From positions 124,001 through 188,000 of the IMG/VR virus record IMGVR_UViG_3300032322_002561: a stretch of 64,000 nt of DNA; one strand, written 5' to 3'. Made by a program: the position numbers and the translations under genes. Below the pieces are notes generated by a model. It was not told where the DNA came from and did no database searches. It saw only the letters and a program-made list of their open reading frames with translations. This document shows positions 40,733 through 50,704 of the stretch, piece after piece. How positions within the stretch are numbered: position 1 is the first letter of the stretch; the number at the start of each line of letters is the position of its first letter.

Positions 40733-40968
40733 TCTATTTTGATTTTGCTGTCAAAGTCTATGTTGCCAGGATTTTGCTTGCGATAAGATTCTGACAGTTT
40801 TTCCTGGTACTTGTTTTTAAAAGTTTCTATGGCCATTTGTAACTGATTTATCAGCTGACCGTTTCCGGTGTTATAAGCTATGTTGAGTTTTTTGGTTAGG
40901 TCGTTGATTTTATCTGACAGTTCATCAATAGTCAGCTGATCAATACTGCCAATCAAAGGATGTTCCAT
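40729..40968 (-). CDS. small coiled-coil protein
   Basis: TTGACA-17-TAAAAT promoter 6 nt upstream of ATG. Confidence 0.7.
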   Translation of the reverse strand: MEHPLIGSIDQLTIDELSDKINDLTKKLNIAYNTGNGQLINQLQMAIETFKNKYQEKLSESYRKQNPGNIDFDSKIKIE

Positions 40969-41012
40969 GTTGTTATTTTATAGAATCCAAACGGATTTGT
41001 CAAGAGATTTGA

Positions 41013-42509
41013 CTAGGACCAGTTGCCTACCGAAGTGACCGAGCTGGTGCCCATGGGGGTCAATCTAAAATAACTGTTGCGCAACACTGTGGGGGCGCCA
41101 CCGGGTGCAGCACTAAATTGGAATTGTGGAATAAAAGTACCTCCAACATTGGTACGCAGAGCTCCGGTAATTTTTATGGTTATAAATTCTGTAGTGGTTG
41201 ACACAGCCCCAGTTACTACCACAGATCCAATACTGGTTCCAATAATGCGATTTACTGCGCCCAACGTATTGGTTGTAGTGGTACTTGCTTCAGCCAAATA
41301 AGTGATACTGGTCAAGGTAGCTGTACCGCCAAAGTTTATGGCTGTGGTATGACTTGTGGTACCGGCACTGCGACTGATAAAATACAGGCCTTCAAACATG
41401 TAAGTGGTTGCACTTGGCAATGTTATACTACCGCTGGCTGGCGTGTTAAAAACTCGTTGTGCTGCGGCGCTGTTGGCAGCAGTGTAGTCTGAAGACAAAC
41501 ACACAAACGGTGTTGAAGGAAGTATTCCGCGCTGACTAGCAATTGGAGCCGAATAAAATACAGTGCCATCATACTCCACGGTCCCAGCACCCACGGTAGA
41601 GGTCAATCCCCCTGCGGTAAAGGTCATGGACGGAGTCAAACTGGTTCCTGCTGTGGGTCTGATAAAACCCAAAACGCTGCTGGTAGTTACAAGATTGCCC
41701 ACGGTTGACAACAGTCCCACGGTCAATATATTGCCGCCGCGCACGTTGCCTGCAATACTGATTTGGCCATTAGAAAGCACATTGCCACCAATGATGTTGC
41801 CGGTGATGCTGGCTAGGCCAGGGGAGTTAATATTGCCACCTATGACGTTGCCCACAGCCGACACAAAGCCTGTTGCTGAAACATCATCTGTGGTGATGTC
41901 CGCACTGTTGAAGTTGGTCAAAGCGCGGTTCAAGTCAAACAAGGTAATGGCTACGCCACCATCGCTGGTGCTAAAACCAAATTCATAGCGGCCTGTGGCG
42001 CCAAAAGTTATAGTGTTTGAAACACCGGCTGTGCCTGGACTGATGCCTTGAATGCCACTCAAGCCCAGACTGACCGAGGCCGGTATGGTCAAAGTATGTG
42101 CAATGTTGGTTATATTGATTTGTATGCGTAGGTATCCATAGCTTCCGGCTGATGGAAAGTTGGTAAAGTTCAGTGACACACTGCCCGAAGTTGTGATCAG
42201 TTGATAATGTCCCAGGGCATAATTCAATAACACCGTACCTGAGGTAGTACCTACTGTCACTGCTGTAGCTGAAAAATCCTGTATCTTTGCGGCAAAGATC
42301 AAATTGTCATTCATGTTGTTGTCAAGAGTGCCGCCAATCAAGGCAGCCTTGAGCACAGCTTTGTTTTGTAAGTCATTGATTTCGTTTTCAGCGTACTGGA
42401 AATTTTGCTTGGTATTGGTGAAGTTGTCACGAAAACCCTGACTGTTGTTGTCTTGACCAGCTACCGGGTACGCACCATCAATGTTGTTTGGATTAATTTG
42501 ACTTGCCAT
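41013..42509 (-). CDS. tail fibre/baseplate-associated structural protein
   Basis: N-terminus paralogous to 42526 (INPNNID..YPVAGQDN..QGFR); GN-rich repeats. Confidence 0.75.
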   Translation of the reverse strand: MASQINPNNIDGAYPVAGQDNNSQGFRDNFTNTKQNFQYAENEINDLQNKAVLKAALIGGTLDNNMNDNLIFAAKIQDFSATAVTVGTTSGTVLLNYALGHYQLITTSGSVSLNFTNFPSAGSYGYLRIQINITNIAHTLTIPASVSLGLSGIQGISPGTAGVSNTITFGATGRYEFGFSTSDGGVAITLFDLNRALTNFNSADITTDDVSATGFVSAVGNVIGGNINSPGLASITGNIIGGNVLSNGQISIAGNVRGGNILTVGLLSTVGNLVTTSSVLGFIRPTAGTSLTPSMTFTAGGLTSTVGAGTVEYDGTVFYSAPIASQRGILPSTPFVCLSSDYTAANSAAAQRVFNTPASGSITLPSATTYMFEGLYFISRSAGTTSHTTAINFGGTATLTSITYLAEASTTTTNTLGAVNRIIGTSIGSVVVTGAVSTTTEFITIKITGALRTNVGGTFIPQFQFSAAPGGAPTVLRNSYFRLTPMGTSSVTSVGNWS

Positions 42510-42525
42510 TTATGTTCTCTCAGTG

Positions 42526-43422
42526 TTATGCAAACACGGCTCCATTATTGCCAATACAGAACCACTTGTTGTTGATGTATTGCAAGGTACAGGCTTCACC
42601 AATGTTGGCAAATGTAATTGTTCCTGAACCCGATGTTTTCCAACCCGCATTGGTCACAGTGATCACCATGTTGCCCAAGTCAGCATACATGGCCAGGGTC
42701 TTGATTTGTCCAGACACTCCTGCAGCCAAGGTAGCAGTTTCACTGGCCGCAGTAGAAAAATAACTCGTGGTCTTGGCCAAGCTCACAGCGGCACTGGCAG
42801 CAAGATCTTCACTGGAATTGTTAAGGGGCGACAGTGCTTTATTAGCATCAATCACTGTGATGGTACTACCACTGGTGTAGGTTTCAAATGTGAATTCGTA
42901 CACACCAGTACTGGCAAAAGCAATGGTACTAACCCCAGTTATGCCGTTGACTGACAGGCCTTGAATACCCACATTGTTCACGGTAACCGCAGATGGTAAC
43001 AGTAGAGTATGACTGGTTGAAGCCACAGTGACTTCAACCTTGACAATGGCTGCTGTACCTGCAGCCGGAAAGTTCACAAAAGACAGTGTAACAGCACCAT
43101 TTGTGGTCAAGGTATGATAGTGTGCAGAAGCATAGTTGATGTCTACAACACCGCTCACTGAACCCAGAGCCACTCTTGACAGGCTGAAATCTTGTATTTG
43201 ACCGTTGTAGATCAGTGTGGCTCCAAGATCGTTATTGAGTGTTCCTCCAGTCAGTGCGGCCTTGAGCAAGACCTTGTTTTGTAAGTCGTTGATTTCGTCT
43301 TCCGCAGCCTGAAAATTGCTGCGAATATTGGTGAAATTGGTACGAAATCCCTGAGTGTTGTTGTCCTGTCCGGCAACGGGGTATTCGATATCAATGTTGT
43401 TTGGATTAATTGCACTGGTCAT
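42526..43422 (-). CDS. tail/baseplate structural protein
   Basis: Same N-terminal domain as 41013; beta-rich. Confidence 0.75.
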   Translation of the reverse strand: MTSAINPNNIDIEYPVAGQDNNTQGFRTNFTNIRSNFQAAEDEINDLQNKVLLKAALTGGTLNNDLGATLIYNGQIQDFSLSRVALGSVSGVVDINYASAHYHTLTTNGAVTLSFVNFPAAGTAAIVKVEVTVASTSHTLLLPSAVTVNNVGIQGLSVNGITGVSTIAFASTGVYEFTFETYTSGSTITVIDANKALSPLNNSSEDLAASAAVSLAKTTSYFSTAASETATLAAGVSGQIKTLAMYADLGNMVITVTNAGWKTSGSGTITFANIGEACTLQYINNKWFCIGNNGAVFA

Positions 43423-43434
43423 CTTGAGTCCTGA

Positions 43435-46400
43435 TTATTCAACAATTTGCGCTTTGGGAAACACGAGATATTTATCATTAGCATCGCTGGTATCGTACAT
43501 ATCAACTGGCTCAACCCACTGCACACTGTCCTTGTCAAACGTGGTTTCTTGACTGGTGGTTGTAGTGGCTGAAATCAAGGGCAACCAACTGACTCGGGTC
43601 AATTCAGGTCCTGGGGCCACTGGTCTGTACAGATTGGTGCCTGCTGCATAGGTTTCGCCCTGACTGGATACCACGTAGTCGTTGGCCACAGTTTCTTGAC
43701 TCAGAGTCAAGGTGAACACACCGTCTAGGCCAATGCTTACAGTCCAGATTGCCATGCGATCATTTTCGTAATTCACAGTCATGGTGCCTGTGGCATTTGA
43801 CAAGGCCACGGGTGCACCGCCGGGCAACAAGCTGACCTGGAACCGTCCCAAGACCATGCGCATGATACCATTGGCATTGCTAAGTTGCAGTGGTAACCCA
43901 CCGGAAGTTTCACTGACTTGAAATTGTGTGGCGCTGAACACTTCCACAATATAATAGGGCTTGGACAAGCCGCTGGGGAGAATATTTTCAATGTTGCCAA
44001 ATGTGCCGCCTGCTGTAAACTGCATGTCGCCTGTGGCATCAATCACAGTGTAAATTGAACCCAAATATGTGGCACTTATGGTAATCTTTTTAAGGGCAGT
44101 GTTTACCCCAGCCACATAGTAGGTAACACCAGAATTTATGTTGCCAAAGTTTACACCGTCAAACACAATGGGCTGACCTATTTCTATACCAGTCACAGAA
44201 TCGCATACCAATTGGTTGCCAAGAGCTTCGGTGCGAGTGATTCGAGACTGTAGACGTCCGGCTGTAAACCATACTTCGTCACCTAGGGTCAATCCCGAGG
44301 TACTGGTGCAGGTCAAACGATCTGTGGCTGATGCTGATGCTGTGCAATTTACTGTGGCTATGTTGGTGACATAGTACACTTGAGTAAGTCCCAAACCTGT
44401 TTCAGCTGTGATACCACCAAACGTGGTTCCTGTAAAGTATATCTTGTTTCCTACCTGCATGTCTATAGTGGTGTCACATGTGATAAAATCTGTAGAGGCC
44501 GAGGTTGATGTACAGGCACTGGTAAAGCCAGGAAATACTGGCCTAGCATAGTCAAATGTGCCCGGAAACGCAATATCATTACCAAAATCAAATCCAATTT
44601 CATCGAATGGTTGAAGGAACTGACTCCACGCACCTTCAGCATCTACGGTACCGTAATTTTCTTGGCGCACAAAAATTATCTTGCTGCCGTTTCTTATCAC
44701 AACCTTGGTGCCTGGTGGTGGACTTTGGCCGCCTACTGCTACCCAAGTCACTCCATCTAGTCCGCCCAGTTCGTTTATGAATTCAACTGTGCGACCATTT
44801 ACCTCGCTAAATGCCAGTTCAGTACAGGCATTGACTATGCCAAGGTCGGTGTATCCTGTGGCATTGATACGATCAAACGTGGTTTGATTGGCCTCAGGTG
44901 TCCAATTCTGTGTTTCTGGATCCCAATTTTGACTGAGTGCCGCATCAACTTCGTAACGATCAACCTTGAAATCGATTTGATTGAGATTGAGACCGTACTG
45001 ACTGAGATAGTAGGCAATTTGACTGCTGCGTCCTGGATTGGTATAACAGATTACCCAGGCTGGTGTGAATCCCAACACACGACCATCAGTTTGTTTGCTG
45101 GTCATCCATAAAGGAAGTTCTGTGGAGATTTGACCCACAACATCAATGACTTGATCACGCATGTTGACCAGGCTGTTGGGATAGACTTCGGTTACTACGG
45201 TGCCATCGTCCAAGGTTATTGAATAGGGCAAAGTCACAATCTTGCTCACACTGGCACCTTGTGCATTAACTAGATTGTCAATGATTTGACTGTAAACGAC
45301 TTCATAAATCACCTCGCCGGTCTCAGGATCAAGAGCTTGTGCAGTTTCGATACTGCCCAAGATCAAGTTTTTCCAGTAGTGATTCTCGTACAGACTAGAC
45401 ACATAGGTTTCCAGGGTTTCTGGCGCTAGACCAAATGCGTGTTGGTACTTGACCTGTGTACTGAGTCCAAAATTTGCATCAGTGGGTCTATATATAAACT
45501 CTGGCGGGAATATTTCGGTGTTGGTCAACAAGGCATTTAACTGCGCACGATCATTCTGTGGCGGCATGGCCAACACAAAAAGATTTTGATAGGGTTTGTT
45601 GTACCTTCTTACCAGCTTGATTGTGAATTCTTTGAAAACACTGACAATTTCTTTTTGTCCGGTCAACCGCATGTTGGCTTGCAATTGCGCACCAGATCCG
45701 CCGTAGCCTTGAGCCACAAAAGCTATGGCTGGACTAATGTAGCCGGCACCGGGATTGGCAATATCAACTGAAACTATGCTGGTTCCCAGTATGGTCACAG
45801 TGCCGGCTTCGGCAGTTTCAGTTTGCGCACCCTTGGGTTCGCTGAACTGTATGACCGGCGTCAAGTTTCCGCTTTGATAGTTCAAACCGCCATTGAGCAC
45901 GGTCACACTGGCCACTTCGTAAATCAACTGCAAGGGATCTGTGGCAAAAGCGTTGACTGTGAACAAAAATGTAAGGTCAAACGTGGTGTCATTAACTCCC
46001 AACAGATCACTCTGTGAAACGTCAATTGTGGTGGTTCCTAGATCCAAACTAAAGGTATTAAAGCTGGCACGTCCAGCGATCTCGCCCGAGGTCAACAAGC
46101 GCAGACCCTGCGGCAATTGATTGAAATCGCCACTGCCCAATCTGTAAAACAGTTGCCTGCCACCGCGATTTACTGCTTCGACCTTGAAGATACTGGTTTG
46201 ACCGTTTTCTAATTCACCCAAAAATGCATCAGTGATCCAAGTTACTTCTTGGTCGGTGGCACCGGTCACAGTCAAGGTAAACGGATACAGCGTGCTTTGC
46301 GGAAGATCCTTGGGAACAGCCAACATTTCTCCTGTGGCTGTGGTCAAGGCCAATATAGAGCCACCCAGGGTGGCTGTTATGGAAAAATGTGTGTCATCCG

Positions 46401-47811
46401 GTATAGATAACACATAATAGATCTGTCCCGCTACAATACCACCAAAGGTTTCACCTTCGAATACTACTTCGGTTCCCACATAGAAGTCAGCACGTGTGGA
46501 TGTGTCGCACGTGATCAAGTTTGTGACACTGCTGGTTTCACTGCACACCAGAGTACGAGCACGCACCTGTATGTTGAAACTGTAGTCAATTTCGGTGGTA
46601 CCTTGATCAGGTATGTAGCCGTAGTACCAACCTGTGTATCGATCCAGTTGTAGGCCCGGTGGCAAACCATTTCCAAGGTTGACTGTGATGGCGTATTCAA
46701 CCTGGCTGGTGTCATAGTCTTGACCCACAAAACGATAAGCATAGTAGTTGTCACTGCGCACCCTTCCCAGAGTGCTGGGTTCAAAGTTCAACAAGAATGG
46801 TGCACGCTCAGTGGTTTCGTCTGCGGTAACCTCGCTGTTGTCGGCTGTGATGGTAGTATTGTCGCCGGTAAGATCATCGCGGTTGTACACAAATATGGTA
46901 TAGGTGCGCAGGTTGCTGCTTTTTCCGTCAGTGACTTCAAGCGTAAACTGATAATTCTTGCTTATGGCCGATACCACAAAGTCGTAGGGAAAATTTTCAC
47001 TAGGCGTTAAATCATAACCCACAGGTTCGTTGACATTTCTGGCAGGTTGAATATAGCCACTGATCAGGCCATCGGTGCTGACCGTGGTTCCTGGGGGCAA
47101 GGCACCAGCCACCAAGCGCACAATGTTGGTTTCACCAGGATCCACACCTTGTACTTCCACCTGCACATTGGCATAGTCACCATCATAGTATATGGCCAAT
47201 TGTCCAGCTGGTGTCACAAATTCAGGAATATCATTGCCGGTTATGGTCAAGGTAAATGTGCGATCAGCAATTCTATCAATGGCACCGCTGGGTGTCAAGG
47301 TGTATGCTCTAATCACAAACTTGCTAACGATGTCTGTGGCCACTGGTGTGGGAACGCCTTGAATCAAGGTTTGTGCTTGTGGTACACCTGTAATATTGCC
47401 ACTAGCGTTGATTTGCATGCCATTAGGCAAGGTACCAGCTATGAGTTGATACAAAATTGGCTGATAAAAATTTGTTACAAAATATCCCGTGGCCGTGGTC
47501 AAGGTCACACTGGTGGTGCTGTCGGCCGTGGCAGCAACTGTGAATGTTGTTGCACTGTCTACTGTGAGCACATAGTAAGGCACGTTGGCCTGTAGGCCAC
47601 CAAACGGACTACCACTGAATATCACACGATATCCTGGTCTAGCTCCAGCAGTAGTGTTGCAAGTAATTAAATTGGTACCTGCTGTGGTCTCACTCACAAT
47701 TGAAGCCGGAGCCGCGGGCGGAACTTCGGCCAAGAGTGGATTTTGGTAGAATACCTCTTCGGGTATAACCCCTAGGCTACCTGCGGGTGTAATCCAAATT
47801 GGTTGTGCCAT
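43435..47811 (-). CDS. large baseplate wedge/Ig-repeat structural protein
   Basis: W.TPAG.L and LP.GL.L..G.I.G Ig-like repeats; GG....YYV repeats; C-terminal DKYLVFP. Confidence 0.75.
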   Translation of the reverse strand: MAQPIWITPAGSLGVIPEEVFYQNPLLAEVPPAAPASIVSETTAGTNLITCNTTAGARPGYRVIFSGSPFGGLQANVPYYVLTVDSATTFTVAATADSTTSVTLTTATGYFVTNFYQPILYQLIAGTLPNGMQINASGNITGVPQAQTLIQGVPTPVATDIVSKFVIRAYTLTPSGAIDRIADRTFTLTITGNDIPEFVTPAGQLAIYYDGDYANVQVEVQGVDPGETNIVRLVAGALPPGTTVSTDGLISGYIQPARNVNEPVGYDLTPSENFPYDFVVSAISKNYQFTLEVTDGKSSNLRTYTIFVYNRDDLTGDNTTITADNSEVTADETTERAPFLLNFEPSTLGRVRSDNYYAYRFVGQDYDTSQVEYAITVNLGNGLPPGLQLDRYTGWYYGYIPDQGTTEIDYSFNIQVRARTLVCSETSSVTNLITCDTSTRADFYVGTEVVFEGETFGGIVAGQIYYVLSIPDDTHFSITATLGGSILALTTATGEMLAVPKDLPQSTLYPFTLTVTGATDQEVTWITDAFLGELENGQTSIFKVEAVNRGGRQLFYRLGSGDFNQLPQGLRLLTSGEIAGRASFNTFSLDLGTTTIDVSQSDLLGVNDTTFDLTFLFTVNAFATDPLQLIYEVASVTVLNGGLNYQSGNLTPVIQFSEPKGAQTETAEAGTVTILGTSIVSVDIANPGAGYISPAIAFVAQGYGGSGAQLQANMRLTGQKEIVSVFKEFTIKLVRRYNKPYQNLFVLAMPPQNDRAQLNALLTNTEIFPPEFIYRPTDANFGLSTQVKYQHAFGLAPETLETYVSSLYENHYWKNLILGSIETAQALDPETGEVIYEVVYSQIIDNLVNAQGASVSKIVTLPYSITLDDGTVVTEVYPNSLVNMRDQVIDVVGQISTELPLWMTSKQTDGRVLGFTPAWVICYTNPGRSSQIAYYLSQYGLNLNQIDFKVDRYEVDAALSQNWDPETQNWTPEANQTTFDRINATGYTDLGIVNACTELAFSEVNGRTVEFINELGGLDGVTWVAVGGQSPPPGTKVVIRNGSKIIFVRQENYGTVDAEGAWSQFLQPFDEIGFDFGNDIAFPGTFDYARPVFPGFTSACTSTSASTDFITCDTTIDMQVGNKIYFTGTTFGGITAETGLGLTQVYYVTNIATVNCTASASATDRLTCTSTSGLTLGDEVWFTAGRLQSRITRTEALGNQLVCDSVTGIEIGQPIVFDGVNFGNINSGVTYYVAGVNTALKKITISATYLGSIYTVIDATGDMQFTAGGTFGNIENILPSGLSKPYYIVEVFSATQFQVSETSGGLPLQLSNANGIMRMVLGRFQVSLLPGGAPVALSNATGTMTVNYENDRMAIWTVSIGLDGVFTLTLSQETVANDYVVSSQGETYAAGTNLYRPVAPGPELTRVSWLPLISATTTTSQETTFDKDSVQWVEPVDMYDTSDANDKYLVFPKAQIVE

Positions 47812-47820
47812 AGCAAGTGT

Positions 47821-50634
47821 TTATATTGTGAACCAACCACCGTTCCACATACGTAAGCGGTTGGTTGAATTGTTAAAATACATTGAGCCCACAGATCCGG
47901 TGGCAGGATCTGAAGTTCTTGACGGTATAACCATGTATTGTCCGTTGTTGAAGAAAGGAATACCACTCACAGAAAGTCCGGTCAAGGTTCCCAGGCTGGT
48001 TATAGCGGGTTGGCTGGCACCGGTCACAGTGAACGCATTGGTAGCATTTGTGGCGCTACTGGCAAAAGAAGCAGACCCCACGGTGCCTGTCACTTGTGCA
48101 CCAGGAATATTGGTGAGTCCAGCACCAGAGCCATTAAACTGGCTGCCACTGATTTGTCCTGTAGCGTTTATAGCGCCGCCGGTGGTGATACTGCCCGCGC
48201 TGACTGCGGCGCCAGTCACTGTGCCTGTAGCACTTAGGGTGGTACCAATTATGGTACCACTCAGACTCATTGACGATCCGGTGTATCCTGAAGCCAAGAC
48301 ATTGCCACCTTGAATGTTGCCTGTAGCACTTATTATGCCTGCTGTGCGCAAATTACCACCTTGAATGTTGCCTGTAGCACTGAGTGTGCTGGTCACACCC
48401 ACGGCCACTGCGGTTACGTTGCTGATCAAACCACCGTCGCCTAGCAAGAACGAAGAAGCCGCTACGTTGCCATTACTGGACACTGTGCCAAATGAATTAA
48501 TGTTACCGCCAATCACGTTGGCCGAGCTCTGTATTGCGCCCACTGCACTTATGATACCACTGGTGGTGATTGCGCCCGTGCTCACTATGTTTCCACCAAT
48601 CACGTTGCCCGTGGCACTGACAGTGAGTCCTTGAACCACCACTGCGGCCAAGACATTGCCACCATTGACATTGCCTGTAGCAGTGATCAATCCTGTTGTG
48701 CGTATGTTGCCGCCCTGAACGTTGCCGGTGGCAGTAAAGGTGGCTGTTTGCACAACACCAGCTGTGATCAAGTTGGCACCGGTGATATTTCCGCCAGCAC
48801 TGACTGTGCCGCTGGTGGCAATATTACCACCGGCCACGTTGCCCACGGCACTGACTGCGCCTTGCGCTTCAAGATTACCTACAACCAAGTTACCATAGCT
48901 GTTGATGGAAACAATTTCGTTTGTGATAGTGGCCGAAGTCACAGCCAACAGTTTACCTGAAGATGCTTGAAATCCTATAAAGCTACTGCGTTCCTGAGTG
49001 TCAAAATACCAAAGTTGTTCGCCACGGTCCTTGCCATCATTACTGATCAAAGGTGTATTGTTGGCACCGCGGCCAATGCCAATTATGGGATCTTCAATGG
49101 CCAAGGTGGATACATTGGTGTATTCGGCTGTGCCGTTGACAGTGAGATTACCGTTGACCACTGCATCGCCTGTTACAGACATGCTGCCTGGTGTGCTGAT
49201 GTTGCCGCTGGTCAGAGTGCCAATCACTGTGACAGCATTACTGATTTTGTTGAATGTGAATCCAGCCGTGGCATTTGCATTACCACCATCGTTGAATAGG
49301 ACCTGAGTGTTACTACCGCTGACATTTAAGTTACCTGAAATGTTACCAATAACGTTACCAAAGAAAGTTGTGGCTGTGACATTGCCTACAGCAGTGATGT
49401 TGGCCGATGCCAACAAATTGACCCCACGCACATTGGCCGTGGATACCACGTCATTTGTGGAGTTGATGTTGCCACCTGTGACGTTGCCTGTGGCGCTGAT
49501 TGCGGCAATAGTAGTAAAACCAAACACAGCATTGGCACTACCAGCCAGAATTATGTTATTGCCGGAGATGTTTCCAGCAGCACTGACCACACCGCCTGTT
49601 ATGACATTACCACTGGTGATGTTGCCTGACGCACTAATTCTTGCGGCAGTGACCAAAGTTGTTGCGTTGATGTTGTTGGCAGCCACGTTGCCATCCACAA
49701 GACCGGCCGTGATGTTACCGCCAGTGATGTCACCAGTGGTGCTGATACTGGCACCTGTGACCACACCTAGACTTACTAAATTGGCACCAATTACATTGCC
49801 ACCAGCACTGACTGTAATGCCCACAGATATATTGTTGCTGGTGATATTTCCTGTGCCGCCCAGACTGTTGGCTACCACTAAACTGTCAAGTGTGCCCACG
49901 GTCTGCAACGAACTGTTGACCACGTTGGCACTTATTGTGGTACCAGTCAACAGCGCCGCGGCTGTTGTGGCTTGAATACCGGTCAAAAGACTGCCGTTGC
50001 CCACAAAAAAGTTGCCGCTGATGTTGCCTAATGTGCTAATGTTACCAGTGGCTATCAAAGCACCGGTTAGAGTGGCATCTGCACCAAAAATATCGCCTGT
50101 AGCACTCATAACACCGCCGGTGTTTAGATTCTGGGAAATTAGGTTTCCTGAAGCAGAAATGGTTCCAGCAGTGAGCAAGTTACCGCCAGTGACATTGCCG
50201 CCTACAACCAGCTGCGTGAGTGTGCCCACAGATGTCAGGGTGGAATTCACCACGTTTGCACTCAGCGTGGTTCCTGTGAGTTGTGCCGCATTGGCCTGAC
50301 TTACCACCCCAGTCAACAAACTACCATTGCCTATGTAAAATCCACCTGCAGTGATGTTGCCCGTGGCTGAAATTGCAGTGTTAGCTAGAAAAGTGCCTTG
50401 GGCAGTAACGCCTGTACCAGACACAACCAACACGTTGGCTATGTTGGCCGCACTCATGCTTATGGTGCTGTCTTGTACAATATTGATGTTTGATGTACCA
50501 TTGGCAATACCCGAAATACCACCAATGTTGTAGAGTTCGCTAAAATTATCGTTTGTGATGGTAAACGCGGTTCTTAACGGATCACCAGTGCCATCGTTGG
50601 CAGTGTTTCCAATATCTATAAACTGTTGTGGCAT
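47821..50634 (-). CDS. tail fibre-like protein with T4 gp9/gp10-type N-terminus
   Basis: IDIGNTANDGTGDPLRTAF..N.NFSELY; many SATGN[IV]xGGN repeats. Confidence 0.8.
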   Translation of the reverse strand: MPQQFIDIGNTANDGTGDPLRTAFTITNDNFSELYNIGGISGIANGTSNINIVQDSTISMSAANIANVLVVSGTGVTAQGTFLANTAISATGNITAGGFYIGNGSLLTGVVSQANAAQLTGTTLSANVVNSTLTSVGTLTQLVVGGNVTGGNLLTAGTISASGNLISQNLNTGGVMSATGDIFGADATLTGALIATGNISTLGNISGNFFVGNGSLLTGIQATTAAALLTGTTISANVVNSSLQTVGTLDSLVVANSLGGTGNITSNNISVGITVSAGGNVIGANLVSLGVVTGASISTTGDITGGNITAGLVDGNVAANNINATTLVTAARISASGNITSGNVITGGVVSAAGNISGNNIILAGSANAVFGFTTIAAISATGNVTGGNINSTNDVVSTANVRGVNLLASANITAVGNVTATTFFGNVIGNISGNLNVSGSNTQVLFNDGGNANATAGFTFNKISNAVTVIGTLTSGNISTPGSMSVTGDAVVNGNLTVNGTAEYTNVSTLAIEDPIIGIGRGANNTPLISNDGKDRGEQLWYFDTQERSSFIGFQASSGKLLAVTSATITNEIVSINSYGNLVVGNLEAQGAVSAVGNVAGGNIATSGTVSAGGNITGANLITAGVVQTATFTATGNVQGGNIRTTGLITATGNVNGGNVLAAVVVQGLTVSATGNVIGGNIVSTGAITTSGIISAVGAIQSSANVIGGNINSFGTVSSNGNVAASSFLLGDGGLISNVTAVAVGVTSTLSATGNIQGGNLRTAGIISATGNIQGGNVLASGYTGSSMSLSGTIIGTTLSATGTVTGAAVSAGSITTGGAINATGQISGSQFNGSGAGLTNIPGAQVTGTVGSASFASSATNATNAFTVTGASQPAITSLGTLTGLSVSGIPFFNNGQYMVIPSRTSDPATGSVGSMYFNNSTNRLRMWNGGWFTI

Positions 50635-50654
50635 AAAATCCTGTCCTTGTATGC

Positions 50655-50685
50655 TATTTACCAAAACTTAGTAGACCGCTAAATA
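50655..50685. promoter_or_regulatory. back-to-back late promoters of divergent tail genes
   Basis: TATTTA 50655-50660 (minus) and TAAATA 50680-50685 (plus), each followed by SD and ATG. Confidence 0.7.
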
Positions 50686-50704
50686 CACAAGTTCGGAGCA
50701 ATCA